In this document: positions 12,414 through 29,700 of the stretch, one piece after another | Numbering within the stretch: the stretch's first letter is position 1 | Layout: the number at the start of each line of letters is the position of its first letter | Assembly (NCBI GenBank): GCA_038496445.1 | Contig: JALMLS010000277.1 | Coordinates: forward strand, 355,091 to 419,090 | Length of the DNA stretch: 64,000 bases | Source: Trichosphaerium sp. ATCC 40318 | Taxonomy: Eukaryota > Protista > Tubulinea | Direction of reading: 5' to 3' | Program-made: the position numbers and the translations under genes | Notes under the pieces: model-generated | What the model was told of the DNA's origin: nothing | Databases searched by the model: none | The model's input: the letters and a program-made list of their open reading frames with translations, nothing else

Positions 12414-12956
12414 TATAGGCCTCGCTGGCTCAACAATTACCAGCGTTTGAGTTGTTGCAATTCAATTAAGCGATTAAGATCACTTCTAAGCAAACAAGTC
12501 TATTTTTACCATCTGCGCTTGTTCGAACTAAAAAAAACCCATCATACACTGCTGTATGCTTCGAAAACTAGTTGGTAAAGGATAAAAAATATAAAACAAC
12601 GCTAGCGGCGATGCGAATTCCATCTTCGGAAAAACACGGACACAGAAAAAACAGCTGTATCTTCACACTTTACAAAAGAATCCTTTTGTTAATATACTGG
12701 CTAACATATAAAACAATGAGAAATAGAGCAAATCAGAGTCAAGGACTATTTATGTTGTTACGGTTGAGCACTTTTTGAGCGGAATCGGTTCAAAGTAGGC
12801 CTTGTTGCAACAAAACATTCCATATTGATATTACAAAAGCTTTTGTATTTTACATGCTTAATACGCGTGCAGTAATTTTGAAATGAGAGAAAGAGGCAAG
12901 TGTGCAGTGTTTAAGCATCAATCATAAATTGCTTAAACAGTTTTACGTGTTTGGAA

Positions 12957-13355
12957 ATGAGCGCTGAAAAGAGTAGTAAAGATGTTGCTTACTATACAGC
13001 TGAAGAAGTAGCAAAACACGACAGTTTAGAAGATTGTTGGGTATTTATTGCTAAAAACAACATCAATACGCTTAATTCAGCGTTTAGGTTATAATTAAAG
13101 GCAAAGTTTATAATGTAACAGAATTTATTGACGACCACCCTGGCACGCAACGATAATACGTTCATAAGCTCTAATTATATTCTTAGGTGGTGACGAAGTA
13201 ATTCTAGATGGTGTATGATCACACTTTTAACAATTTCGTATTTATTAGTTTATTAGGCCGGCACAGATGTCACAGAAGATTTTGAGGATATAGGCCACTC
13301 AAGTTCAGCAACTACGCTTCTTAAAGACTACTATATTGGCGAATTGAAGTCGTAG
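12957..13355 (+). CDS. CYB5: Cytochrome b5 (soluble, no C-terminal membrane anchor); 4 exons
   Basis: [61 protein letters not shown]...YYIGEL. The HPGG motif is formed only through the GC-AG intron 13143-13186. Confidence 0.95.
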
Positions 13356-13574
13356 AAGGGATTGGTGCACTTTTTAGTGATTGCCTACGCAATAAACCAT
13401 AATAAAACGCCTCCAAGATAAGAAAATAAAAACACTTCACGAAACTTCAAAAAAACAAATAAAATGACTTTAAAACAGCTTTGAATCAATAATATCACTT
13501 GTCAAAATACACGCAATTAAGAAAAGACGGTCTAGAATGAACTAAAGTTACTTGTGCTCTTTTTATTTAATAAA

Positions 13575-15242
13575 TTAAGTTCGGGGTCTTTTCCGGATCC
13601 CAGGCGTATTCTGTACTTGAGCAACTGGTAGATTCCAATCAATAGGTGTCTTGCCTTGCTCAGTGAGTATCTCATTAGCCTTTTTAAAATGACCACAGCC
13701 AAAAAACCCAGCTAAAGCAAAATCAGTTAACGTATTTCCTTCCCACTTCTATTTTTTTTTATTTTCAAAACTTCTGACTTACTCTTTACCATTGGAGAAG
13801 GATGTGCAGCTGTAAGTACATGATGACGACTCTTATCTATAAGCCTTGCTTTGTTTTTAGCATTACCACCCCTACAACAAAAAATAAGGCTTGAAAACAT
13901 TTCAACAAAACAAAACTCTGCCGGTTATCCACAAACGCTTGTTGACGTCTAAAAACCAAACTAAAAGAAAAAGAAACGTTCTTTTTTTGTGTTTTTTGTA
14001 CATACACAAACGTTCATTTTACCAAAGCTGAAATTCCACAACGTAGGTAACGGTTTTGTTGTCGGTTTTCATGAATTAACCAACGTACCATAATAAAAAT
14101 ATAACGCCACTATTTTTATCACAAAGTGATCGTATTGCAGCGTCTGTGAATTTCTCCCATCCTTTTTGAAAGAATTAGAAAGGTCTGTGCAGTTTTCTCC
14201 CTTTTTGGTCATAAGGAAAGGGATTTTTTTATTTTCTAAAAGTGGAGTTCTTTACAAAAACTGAAAAAAAAAAATAAACTACACAACGTAAAGTGTACAA
14301 TTTGACTTAAATTCAGTAGATAACAATACGTAGCATACGCCACTTAGAGTACCAAGGTTCAAAAATACACATACAAAAGCGGAACATAAAAAGTTTCGTT
14401 TCCAAAAAAATCCAAAAAAATCCCAAGTGGGTAGTTGGTGAATTTTTCGGGTACCTTGGCCTTTGTGTTTATTTGGTGACTTTAATTCTACAGTCAACAC
14501 TGCGTTTATCATCAAGACACCTTGCTTAGCCCAATGTTCAAGAAATCCATGTCGTGGTATCTACAAAAAAATGTCACATTTACAAAAAAGGATATCCTCG
14601 TTTTGGCGCCTGTGGTGACGCTATTACCTTGAAATCAGGGTAGTTGTTCTGTAACTCCTTGTAAATATTCCTCAGAGATGCTAGAAGGAGTAAGGATGCA
14701 GATGGCCTGAGATTTGAAAATCGTTTAAAATACGTACGTGGTACACGTATGCCCATTTGAACGCTAAAACATAATCCATGCGCTTGACCAATACCATGGT
14801 AAGGATCTGAAAGGTTTCTTAATTTTCTTGCTTGTGAATAGACGAAAAGAGCGTTTAAACTAACCTTGTCCAATAATAACAACCTTCACATCCTCTGGGC
14901 TATTGTAATTGAAAGCAGAGAAAATTAACGGCTCTGGGGGTAAAATATGCGCTCTAGCCTTCTTTCTTGTATCCAAATACTTCACTAGTTCGCGCCAATA
15001 AGGCTTTGTAAACTCTTTCTTGGTATTAACAACTTTTATCGTTACATCGCTACAAAAGTACCTCCATTAAGAAGTTCATGCCATGATTTATTCGTCAGTT
15101 TCGTAGATAAACGTTTTGCTAGAGCACGCAAACGATTCGCTTGTATACGCTCTAATTGTTCTTGTGTGAGAGGAGGCTCTTCCTCAACTACTTTGGATGG
15201 CGCAGGTGCTACCTTTTGTCTCTTTGCTGGTTGTTGTGCCAT
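13575..15242 (-). CDS. UNG: Uracil-DNA glycosylase (family 1)
   Basis: [86 protein letters not shown]...PIDWNL. Confidence 0.96.
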
Positions 15243-16746
15243 TGAATTGAGTTTTTTGGATAGTTTTGTCAAACAATAAAGTAAAAATTTTTATCCCCAG
15301 ATTCTGGCTCAAATGTAAGCGGTTATTAGAGTCTGATACGTAATTGTTGGTTTGACAGGAAAATGAATAGACTGTGAACGTCAGTTGAAGTTGCCTGTTC
15401 GAAAAAAGCATCAATGGTTTTTCAACACGTGTATGTGCGACATAACTCACGTGTCCTTGATTGCCTTTTCGTTAACTCTTATATGATTGAGACATTCCTA
15501 GAGTTGGTGCCCCACCATGAGCTCTGACAAGTTCTACCTACTCTAGGATCGTGCTTCTAAGACCCATCATTACTCGTAAGTGATGCTCTAGCAACCAAAC
15601 ATCAGCCTTATGGAACTTCTTGTGATACATCTATCATTGCTACGGATTACTAAAATCAAACAAATTACTATTGAAGCAAAAGGTATATTCTTGTAGACCA
15701 TCATGACTCTTTGTTTCTAGTTCTGTTTTGACGACTATATTTCATTGCTTGAGTATACACAGAGACAAAAATACACTTGATAGAAGCTATGAGAATATAT
15801 CTAGCAGTATTACAACGCACACAACGTACTCTGTGAACGTAAATAGTCGCTTGAACTATTAGTGTTCGTGTATTCATTGTTTTTGTACTATCCTAACAAA
15901 CTAATACTTACACCTTCACTCGGCAGCATTGAGAAGATTTATTGAAATATTCTGTGAAGTAATCTTTATTTTTTAGCACTACACGACACTTTCTCTCAAA
16001 ACACCCTTATTCTTGTTTGCACATGTTTTTCAACTCTTTTTGAGAGTACCACGTTTTATTTTTCTAAGCATGTGCTCATGTACAAATACCTAACCTTAAC
16101 CAAAACTAGACATGGCGCATAGTGCTTGTGCTTCATCGAAACAAATTCTGGTATAGGGTAGGCAGTAGGGGCAACCCGAACATGAAACACTGCTACAAAA
16201 AATGTAAATTCTTCGTTATTTAATGGGTGTATCTCGTGCAAGTGCACTTGATCTCCTGTAAAACAAACAATCAAAGCACAGCATGCAATCGCCATTTTTT
16301 TTTATAACACAGCATTGATACAGTTTCAATTGAAGTGGCTCTGTTCTCCAAGAATGGTATTGTATTTTATTGATGAGAGCTACAATGTCACGTGGATCTC
16401 TTTTAAACTGTATTGAGTTAAAATATACCACGTAGAACTGGCGCAATACCAATATGTGGCAGTTATTTAAAGTGGTGTTGTATAATTAAATAAAAGTCTT
16501 GTGCAAATCTCTTTTTTTTTGTGTAGCTAATCAACAATGATAGATGCCCTTTTTCAATTACATGCCAAAAGAACTCATGAGAGACAACATGTAGCGCTGA
16601 GTTGAGACATCAATAGTGCTGTTGGAAGTCATAGACGAAGCTCAAAATGAAAGAAACAATACAATAACCAAAGTAATTGCAACCTTTTATACACGTCTTT
16701 ATTTTTTTGTTTTGACAATGGTCGCTCAACTTAAAATTCCTCTTGT

Positions 16747-19700
16747 TTAGAATTTCCAATCTGGATCAGCTTCCAACTCTCCAACTGCCTAGAGGAAAAA
16801 AGCTGATTAGTATACAACACATAAACAAAACGAACAAAAAAACAAAAAGAACAACAACAAGACACCAGTGACACGTGCCAAACAACAATGTTTCAAAAAA
16901 AAAAAAAAAAAAGCAACTTACCCAGTTAAATTTCTCTCTTGTCGTTTTAGGAAATACATGCTTGATTTCGAGTCCAGCGCGTTTACACCATGCAATAACA
17001 ATACGTGGATCAATGTAATTGAGCTTAGATGTTCCAAGAGCAACAGTCTTCAAATCATCCTATAAGACACAGTAGTGTAAGCAAACAACAAAGACTTCGA
17101 TGAATGGATTTTTTTTTTACCTTTTGAAGTTTATCAATCTTTAGAGTATTCTTCTTCTTCAACGCTTGTTTTATCTTCCTATCTACTGCTTCTACAGAAT
17201 TACCCAATGGTTTAGCTTTGCCATTAACCATATAAACCTCTGGTGTCTCTCCATTGGCCAAAGCCTTTTTACGTTTCTTCAAAACGACAAGCAACTCATC
17301 GACATCTCTTATCTTTTTTCGAAAAAAAAAAAGTCAGGAGAGTTAAACATACTACAACATCACGTGATATCAAAATTTTCATATAAAGTGCTTACCTTAA
17401 TATCAATCTTTTCGATAGTAGCATCATGAGTCTTTGATACTGAACGTTGATGGTTACAAAGTATAGCAACTGTCTTATTTGCTTTGTTGAAAAATGCCTT
17501 CTTTTCAGCAGTAGAAATATCATTATCGTCTGTATCCCATTTTGCTAATTCTTTCTCCATAGTATAGCTAGCATTATATGTACGGAATACTTTAGCAGAT
17601 AATCCATTCATATAAGACTTCAAGTGCTTATTCAATGAGGTAGTCTACGAAAAAAAAAAACTTAACAAAAAGCGGTTATGTTAAGTGAGCTTTCAGTACG
17701 TACAGTGATTTGATCAAAGATATTTTCTGTAGGAGCTTTTCCGTCCATAAATAGTTCAAAATTCTTGTATATCTTTGCAGGCACCTAAAACACAAAATCC
17801 AGTCAATACAAAAAACTCACCATCACCTCAAATTCAACGACATGTCTTTTCTGACCAAAAACTCAAAAAAAAACCCAAAAATCAAAAGGTGACAGGAGTA
17901 TCACAAAAATTTAAATTCGCTCAAAGTGTCTTCACGTACCTTGACAGTGTTCTCATAACGCATAGAATCCTTACCAAGAAAGTCAAATTTCAAACTTGAA
18001 TCTTCAACATTTTCGACATGCTCAACACGAAGAGAACAACAACCGACAGTATCAGCCTCATCATTACGATTCTTTTCATTACCAACACGAAGAGCTAACT
18101 TATCAATAGTCCACATAGCAGTAGCACGTTGTCTAATTGGAGTAGCCTTGCTTGATAATTCTTTAGTATAATCAGCTCTAATACCTCCAATCATATCCTA
18201 TAACAAACCGTCAGTCAATATATTACAAATGTAACAAAAGAAAAAAAACAAATCTCATAAAAACTTGCAATACCTACCTTTAGTTTACGGACAATTTCGA
18301 ACTTGGATCTATCAGACTTTCCTCTGATTGAAGATTGAGCAGCAAATTGTACATATTTATGATCATTGTTGATATTTTCTTTCCAACAAGCTATCCACGT
18401 AACTTCTGGGTTGTGAATAATAGGTCCCCAAGAATGTCCAGGGACAGGGCAAGGAGGTACTTTAGCTCCTTTTGATAAGTTCAATGATATTTGCTCTGGC
18501 ATTACACGTTTCTTTAACTTGCCAGCTTTAGGATGGTTACCTATGAAACAAGTCAGTACGATACAATCGAAGAAAACAAAAGTTGAGATGAGTTTCTGGG
18601 GTTTTTTTGGTTTTTGATCAAAAAACGAGCTTTAAGTTTGTTTTCTCGTGTGTAAGTACGTACCACGTCCAAGGAAAAGACCTGGTGGTTCTACTGTGAA
18701 GTTACCAAGAGCTTCACGCTTACCATCCAAGATTGCGTAACCAAACTTCTTTTTAAGTTCTGCTTTTTTGTTTTTCTCAATATCCTTCTCAGCCTTTGTT
18801 CTGTTTTTACGGATTTGCTTTTGCTCCTCAAGGTACGTATTGATTGCTGTAAAATCGCACTTATCGAATTCTTGAATCAAATGCTAGAAAAATACTTAAC
18901 AGATACACCTCAAACCTCACAAATCGATAAACGAACGAAAGACAACAACCTTTTGGCAAAAGGATCGAAAAAAAAAACTTTCCAAAGTCTAAGATCGGCC
19001 ATCTGGATGCTAGAAATAACGTACATCTTCTCCGAGAATCTCTTGGAAGGCTTCAAAAAAGTTTTTCTTGAATTGCTCCTTCGCGTAGTGATCAGTCTTT
19101 ATGTAACGCGCAAAATGTGTTGCGACTTCTTCTTGTCCAGGATTTAGCTTGACTGGTTCGCCTGAAGAATGCAGACAGTTAGCACCATAGTCCAGTAAGC
19201 GTCAGGAGCTTGCGCGTATCTACAGCCTCATTTTTTTTCAGAAAAAAAGGGTACCATCGTAGTGAATAGGAATGCCATGCGGTTCGTATGCATCAGGGAA
19301 TACGACTCCATTGTGCTCCAGGGTTGTCCATTTTCGCTTCTTTTTGCCGGCTAATTGCAATCGTTATTATTATAATACCACGTACGAGGTGCCCTCTATC
19401 AGTAGAAGCGCCACATGGTGTTTTTTAACAACAATATCGAAAAATCTTCATCAGGTGCAAAATTGGCATTGCCGACGTACCACCTTCCTCTAACCACCAT
19501 TGATTTTTCCTACATACAATTAAACCGCTATTTGACCTTTTTTGTTAACCGGTAGACCGGAAAACGTATTAACAGCTTGTTAAATTAGTACCCCTTCTCC
19601 AACCGCGCGCGTTTAGCTTTTGCTTTTAAGCGAAGCTCTGCACTCCTCTTTCTAGAAAACTCAGCAATAGTAACATCTTCGTCATCACCAAAGTCCTCTT

Positions 19701-19848
19701 TCGCTTTGTAATCGTCATACAATGCTTGTATTGACATGTTTTCATCATTGTCGTTCCCGCCTCCACCATTGCTGGTAGAATGCGCACCAGTCTTGATTTT
19801 CAGCGTAACAGTGGTGGTTGGTTCGACATCCATTGCATCTTCGCTCAT
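16747..19848 (-). CDS. TOP1: DNA topoisomerase I (type IB)
   Basis: [37 protein letters not shown]...[60 protein letters not shown] (catalytic Tyr). Confidence 0.98.
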
Positions 19849-19996
19849 AGTAAGAAATCAGATTTTTTAAGGGTAGTGGGTTGGGGAGATTAACTTAGTG
19901 AGTTTTTTTTGTTTTTTCCTCGGCGGGCTTGATCCATGCTGACTTTGTCAAAAAATAACTCAGTTTTTCTAACAGACAATTTCTGTAACATACACA
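19849..19996. promoter_or_regulatory. Putative bidirectional promoter shared by TOP1 and NOP16
   Basis: 148 bp between divergent ATGs (19848 minus, 19997 plus). Inferred from arrangement only. Confidence 0.5.
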
Positions 19997-20824
19997 ATGG
20001 GCAGACGAGGACCTAAAGGAGGCACAAATAAGCTTGGTTCGGTACGTATACAGCGTTTTTGTACTGTTTAAGAAGTTGTACAAATCAACGAACATGAGAA
20101 TTCGCATAGAAGATATCTTATCCTAATAACATACGTATAGTACAAATTAACAAGCCACAAACGTAAAAAAAAGACTAAAATGGGCAATTTCCCCATCACA
20201 ACGACCTCAGATGTACCTGCTAGACATTGGAGAAGGTCACAAACTGCAAAAGACGCTTACAAAGCATTTGGCATTTCACGCAACGTAAACCAGCTGCTAC
20301 AGCACGACGTAGAGGTACAGTGGCAAAGAAACGCAATAAAACAATAAATGAGCTAAAATCACTTCAAGGGAATTGCTTCTGAGCTTCCTCCAGCGGAAGC
20401 AAGACAAGAGGTTCTTTCAAAGCTTGGCATCGTAGATGCAGAGACTATAAAGCCAACAAAAAAATTAATCAGAGCGCCTAAAACAATTGACAAAGAGTAT
20501 GCCTTCAACGACTCTTCTACGTACTATCATCGCTCACACTGTTTTTTCTAAAGGTATTTGGATCGTCTTCTAAAGAAATACGGTACAAACTATAACCGCA
20601 TGTCAAGAGATATTAAAACAAATTACTGGCAATATACACCAACTCAATGCAGAAAAAAATGTCAAAATTATATCAGAGGATTGCGTCAGGGATTTCAAAA
20701 TTCAAGTAACCCAGAACGTATTGTTATTATAGAAAGTGATTTACTTGATATGATTCAAGCAAAGAACGAAGCTCAAGGATATGAGGATCCAGATTTTTCA
20801 CCAGATGTCGAGTATGACGTCTAA
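19997..20824 (+). CDS. NOP16: Nucleolar protein 16 (ribosome biogenesis)
   Basis: MGRRGPKGG...; WRRSQTAKDAYKAFGI; C-terminal YLDRLLKKYGTNYNRMSRDIKTNYWQYTPTQCRKK resembles the Nop16 motif (HGxDYxxMxxDxxxNxxQxTxxQ). Confidence 0.8.
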
Positions 20825-21091
20825 AAACATAAACAACAAAAAAACCGAAAAAACCCCTCCTTCATTTCTGGGATTTCACAAGCAACAAAAACGCTCAGAT
20901 TGTCTTTATAGAACGCGACACTTCAACAATTCAATAACATTCAGGACAACTCAACAAAAAAAAGAGTATACAGTACATTGGTTTGTAACCGCTATGTTTG
21001 ACATTAGAGTTTTTTTTGAATGTAATTTGTACAATTTTATTTTTTCGTTTGGAATAAAAAACAGGTGTTTGTGTCTTTCAAAGACCTTCGT

Positions 21092-24206
<3,115 letters not shown>

Positions 24207-24309
24207 TTTGTCAAAAACGCATGTACTTCTCTTTCTGCCTGGCATACTAAATTGGTAAAAAACCTCGCACAGCGCTTGCGGCTGTACAACGTGCTGGGTG
24301 TATCGCGAG

Positions 24310-25228
24310 ATGGCTCATAATAAAGCTCAGGGCTCACAGGGCAAGGTACACCAGACGCTAGGTCTGCGGTTAATACTCATTATTTACATTAGCGATTTGC
24401 TACCAGGGATGATCGCAAAAGGGAGAGAGATAAAATGCAGGAGTTACAAGGAAAGGTAAGCCATAAACGCTGTGAACTGCGTTCAAATCGCTATAAAAAT
24501 TAAACGTACATAGTTAGTGCGCCTTATGGACGTCGTAAAACGAGAAAGACAAATGCAAGTCGAGGTACACATTATGAAACTAAATACGCTAAAATACAAG
24601 CCAGAAATGTCAAGAGATTGAACAAAGAGCTGAAATAGAGCGAAAGAAATCAGAGGCACTTGGCGTTGAACTGGCACGATTAAAACAAGAAAAAAAGCGA
24701 CAAGAATCGTCAAGAGACACACAAACCGTTGAAGCTTTGGCTACAGAACTCGCAATTGCACGCCAAGACAAGCAAAAATTAATGAACCAAGTTGAAGAGC
24801 TATCAACACAAGTAGCTTCTATACGTGCAACCCAATCAGATACAAAAGCAGACAAGCATAAATTAGAAGTATTAGCAGCTCAAATAACAAAACTGAGAGC
24901 AGAAAATCATCGATTACAGGAGACTATGGTATCTAGACAAAAGGTAGAAGCACTTGTCAAAGAGATTACAAACTTGAGGCATGATAAACAACAGCTCGCA
25001 CAACAAGTTGAGCAACTCAAGTCAAATCCTCCAAAACCACCTACAAACGGTCCAACACCGACAATATCTCCTAGTGAACCTATTGAAGAAGGCGAAGTGT
25101 CTATAGACCACCTCTCACGTACAAATTACTATTTTTTTTTCATTTCCTAACCTGTCACAAACTAATCTCAATTCCTAGGGCCTATTACACTTGAGGATGC
25201 TCTTAAAGATATGGGTATTGTAGAATAG
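24310..25228 (+). CDS. Coiled-coil protein of unknown function; divergent from MCM7 (~103 bp between ATGs)
   Basis: MAHNKAQGSQGK/...DDRKRERDKMQELQGK/long heptad region with two related ARQDKQKLMNQVEEL and LRHDKQQLAQQVEQL units/GPITLEDALKDMGIVE*. Confidence 0.65.
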
Positions 25229-25389
25229 AACCAAATGGTGGTTACAAACGAAACCAAAAAACTTGTACTATGACATAAAAAAAAACACGTGAAAAATTCG
25301 AAAAAAAAAAAAAAGGTCTTTCTTTCTCACGGACTACGCGTCAACAGCTCTGAAAACAATGCTTTTTTTATTTATTATTTTTCTCTTTT

Positions 25390-26463
25390 CTACTCCTCTA
25401 GGAATCTTTGAAGGCGTGTAAAGAACTTTCTTTGGTATGCCTCATCATACATATCAAGAGCAGCACCAACAACCTTACCAAAATCGTGGTCAATGCCTCG
25501 TTTTGCTAGGAAGCTGTAAAATAGTTCATGGGCATCATCTTCTACATGAGTGACGCTCAAGTGTTGTGCAGATTTTTCATCTTTTGGATTTCCCATCTCA
25601 ATTTCTGTGATTTCAATTTGCTCAGTTGTAGAGAAGCAACGAAGGTGCATTTCATCTTCTCCTTCTTTTTTGATCTTTACAGTAAACTAGTATCGCATTA
25701 GCAAGCGAAGAACAAGAAGTTGAGAGCTACAAAATTAAAAACAAAGCGACGGGTTTTTTTTTTGTAGAGTTGCTCTACAACGTACGAGTTCGTATTCGTC
25801 GTCTTCTTCCTCTTCATCTTCATTTTGGTTTTGAGGTTGTTCGCTTACATCTAAGAGAGAAACAAAAAGTCAGCATTTGTAGATGGGTTCTACTCGCTAA
25901 AAAAAAAACTGTTTCTTACCATCTTTCTCGTAAGTTGAACCGCCTTCTTCCTCCTGTGGGTCTTCTTCTGGGTTGATTTGTACAGTTATTCTAATACGAT
26001 TTGAGCAATCAATTATTTGTTTGGAAAACTGTTACATTCACGCGTTGTGCGCTTGCACCAATGTTTTCGTACGTACTCTTCGTTTCCGTGTTTTTTGGTC
26101 AAATTAACAAAACTCATGTCATTCTCAATTGAAAGCTCCCAGCCAGCGTCTTTAACGACAGACTCGAGGTTTTTGGTGGAATCCCCGCGCATTGTAGCTG
26201 CTGGTGGGTTTGATGCTGCTTGGACTGCGTAATCTACAAGCGTGGTGCAGTGTGCTTTACCTACAAAGCATTAGAAAGGAGTACAAATGTTTGTTAAACT
26301 CACAGTAGGTGCGGGTAGCAAATCTAGGTAGTGTTGGAGCTGGTACGCTCTTCTTTACAGAGTTTGTTTTGTTTTGAGCAAATACAGTGTATGTTTTTGG
26401 TTTTGATTGTGAGTAAATACTTGCTCTAGCAGCGCGTGCAGAAATGGCGGTAAATCGTAGCAT
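25390..26463 (-). CDS. MAM33: Mitochondrial acidic matrix protein MAM33/p32 (C1QBP family)
   Basis: Arg/Ser/Ala-rich transit peptide MLRFTAISARAARAS; acidic loop; C-terminal DDAHELFYSFLAKRGIDHDFG...YQRKFFTRLQRFLEE fits the MAM33 C-terminal helices. Confidence 0.78.
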
Positions 26464-26740
26464 TGTGTTGTTACTTTTGGAGGCGTACAAAAAACAGACT
26501 TACAAGAACTTGGTTGACTAATTTTTTTTTTTTTGCTTGATTGTTGAAAGTCCAAAATGGTTCGGAATTGGTGATAATTTTGGACGTGAGGACAGGTTTA
26601 AGAGCTGTGGTTCTTACCTGTTGGGTCAAAGAATTGGTCCAAAAAATAAAAAAACATAGGCAGCGACATGTCTGTTTTTTGTTTACTTCTACACCTGTAC
26701 ATTTTTTTTTTGCTTAATTTACTTACTTATTTCTTTACAC

Positions 26741-29700
26741 TCACCAGTACGCAGTATTCATGGTCTCGCACATATGTAACGGCGAATACTGTAATAAAAA
26801 ATAAGAACAAAAATCGGACAACAACGGAACGAACCTTTATCCCTGGAGTTTTAGGCGCTCCAAAACGATACGCAACTTCGAGGACATACCCGTCCTCTGT
26901 AGTAATTTTACCCTTACCATGACGTAAATTTTGGTAATACTCTCCTTCGTATATGACTTTACTTCCAGCAGAAGTGTACTTTCCGTTACCATGACGCTAA
27001 AATAAAATAAGAAAAAACCAAGAAAAACATTCTCAACAAACAGGTGATGTTTTTCTATTTTTTTCCGTTTGAAGGCGTACCACACCGCGTTTCCAATCTC
27101 CCTCGTATTTTGCGCCTGCTTTTGTAACGAGTGTTCCTTTACCGTGAATTTTATCATTCTTCCATTGACCGGTATATTCAGATCCATCAACTGAGGTATA
27201 AATACCCTCACCGTTTCGTTTATTTCTGTGCCAATGACCTTTATAAACATCTCCGTTTATATAAGTCATGGCACCCTCACCGTCCATAGAGTCTTTAAGC
27301 CAGTCTCCCTCAAAACGTGTCCCATCAGGCGTAATAAGGGATCCCTTTCCAAATCGCTAAAAACAAGCATTAGCCAAGAATTGTTAGAGCGGTATCTAAA
27401 GGCGTACTCTATCTTGATGCCAGAAACCTTCGTATACTGATTGATCGGCGTATGTACACGTACCCTTTCCTTCTTTTTTGTCTTCTGCCCAATTACCTTC
27501 GTATCGGATATACACAGTACCATTTGGAATAAACTCAACTCCCCTTCCATAACGCTAAAACCACAAAAGTTAGAAAAATAACTCTCGTGGGTTTCTGTTT
27601 AATGGTGTACGTACTTGATCTTCTTTCCATTCGCCCTCGTATTTATAACCTCCTTCTCTTATTAAAAGTCCTTTGCCGTCACGTAGATCATCTGTACTTA
27701 GTGTCAGATAAAAAACATAAAACCACTCAACATGAGATATGTTTTTTTTATACCTTTCCATTGTCCGCGATATTTCTCGCCTGTAGGTGTAGTATATAAT
27801 CCAGCGCCTTCTCTGCAATCATTCTTCCATGAACCAGTGTAGCGCGAACCGTTCCAGTAGTTTAATTTTCCTTTTCCATTGCGACAATTATTGGCCCAAT
27901 TACCCTCATAGCTAAACGAAGTTAAAAAAAAAAAGATGCAAACTTAATTTAGTCATTAATGATACGTACACATCGCCTGAGCAGTTTTTACCGTACTCAC
28001 GTTTTCCTTTACCATGGAATTGGCCATCTTTAAACTGACCTTCGTATCTTTGACCATCAGATAGTTTTAAAACTCCATGACCGTTGAACTAGTGAAGTAA
28101 GATTCGAATGAATCTACAAAAAGTTCTGCCGTACCATATCATTGTCAAACTCTCCAATGTATGTGTCTCCATTTTCAGTCATTAAAGCTCCTTTTCCTTT
28201 CTTTCTACCACTTACTAGAGTTCCTTCGTATACTATAACAAAAAGTTGTCAACAAAGAGTTTCACGCATGTATAAATACGTACCAATTTTTCCTGATTTT
28301 AGAATACCCTGTCCGTGAGGTAGGTCGTTCTTCCACTTTCCTTTATACGTTTCACCGGTTCTAGATAAACCAAAGTTAATGAAGAATTCAAATAAAAGGC
28401 AGAAATATGTAACACGTGGTACTTACAAATATGCTGCCTTTGCGTATCCGCACATAAAGCCATTTTCCCATATGCCCTATGTGTGTTAAGTGTCTTTCTT
28501 TTAGATAAGTTCTTAATACCTCGAACTTACTCCCATTTCTGCTCACATATGCACCTTCACCATGCATCTTTCCATCCTAATATACCTGTCAGATATGCAA
28601 TTCAAAGAGAAAATAGGCTGTGGTTTATGTGCTTGCTAACCTTCCACATGCCATCATATTGGCTGCCCTCCTTATAAGTATAGGCCATTTTTCTTACGCC
28701 ATTATCAGTGCCTAAGAACCAACCCATCTTATCGAGCCTCAAGTCAATGCCTTAAAAAAATCTCTATAAATACAACGCTGTCAAGTGATGTAGTATGAGA
28801 CGTACTGTGATTGAAATTAACTATCCAATCTTTTTTAGCTTGTTCACTAGCCGCTGTCAAAAGAATAGAAGACTCAGGTGTATTAATCTCGAAAGTTGCT
28901 GAACCTAAAATAAAAAAATAAACATCACGTGACACCCAATAAATACCACTTCGCAATGCAAAGAATGTAATAACAATGAACTAAAGAAAAGAAGGCAAAA
29001 AATAATGCGTACCAACATCTGCTGCGTCTTTGATCCAAGCCTGTTCGAATGGAGTATGCCATGCTAGGAAAATGTCAGAGCAATTGTTGAAGGTTTCGGT
29101 AAAATGAAAACGAAAATGAGCATTACATACCAACAGCGACTTCCGCTTTTGCATTTTGACCTGTCAACACAACAATGTCGGAGAAAAGGAGGCACGTGTC
29201 ACACGTGATACCTGACACTGAAGCACTTAGTTTTCCTTCTACTACTAAGTAGCGGGAAGGTAACATAAGTGTTTTAAGGCCAGTTACTTTTGATACAAGC
29301 TTTTCTAATTTGGCTTGAACACCAGAGTCTCTTACACTCTTATTAACAGCCTCTGTAATCTCTTTAATATTATCATGAGCCTTTACTACGTTTCCGTAAT
29401 CAGGATGGTCTTTGGGAGTAACTTTTACAAGTTCCTTAAACAGTAACTTATAACGTGGTACCCTAAACAAACGTAAGCACTGGATGAATATTTTATAGAG
29501 TAGCTTCGTTTATGGGGTGTACCTTTGTACAGGCATAATCTAGAAAGTTGTATTAGTCTTTTATATAAGCGTATAAGAGCGTACTAGATAAAAATCTAAA
29601 GTCCTACCACACATTTCTTCACATTCTTCTAGGATAGGTTTAACTTTCTTTTTCTTCTTTAGTTTTTGGTAAAGCTGTAAGGCTTTCTCATAATTATCAC

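Noticed and set aside
14580-14600. ATATCCTT (U12-type donor-like) on the minus strand in UNG; similar at ~9708 and ~55632
   Set aside because: The UNG site lies inside an ordinary GT-AG intron and the others are in coding sequence. No AT-AC intron is needed.
15480-16460. Small ORFs and exon-like pieces between UNG and TOP1
   Set aside because: Splice-like signals exist, but no convincing gene model or family motif could be assembled.
19385-19396. 10-nt micro-exon candidate (AG|AGGGCACCTC|GTACGT) in TOP1
   Set aside because: Including it shifts the frame; direct joining of the flanking exons is in frame.
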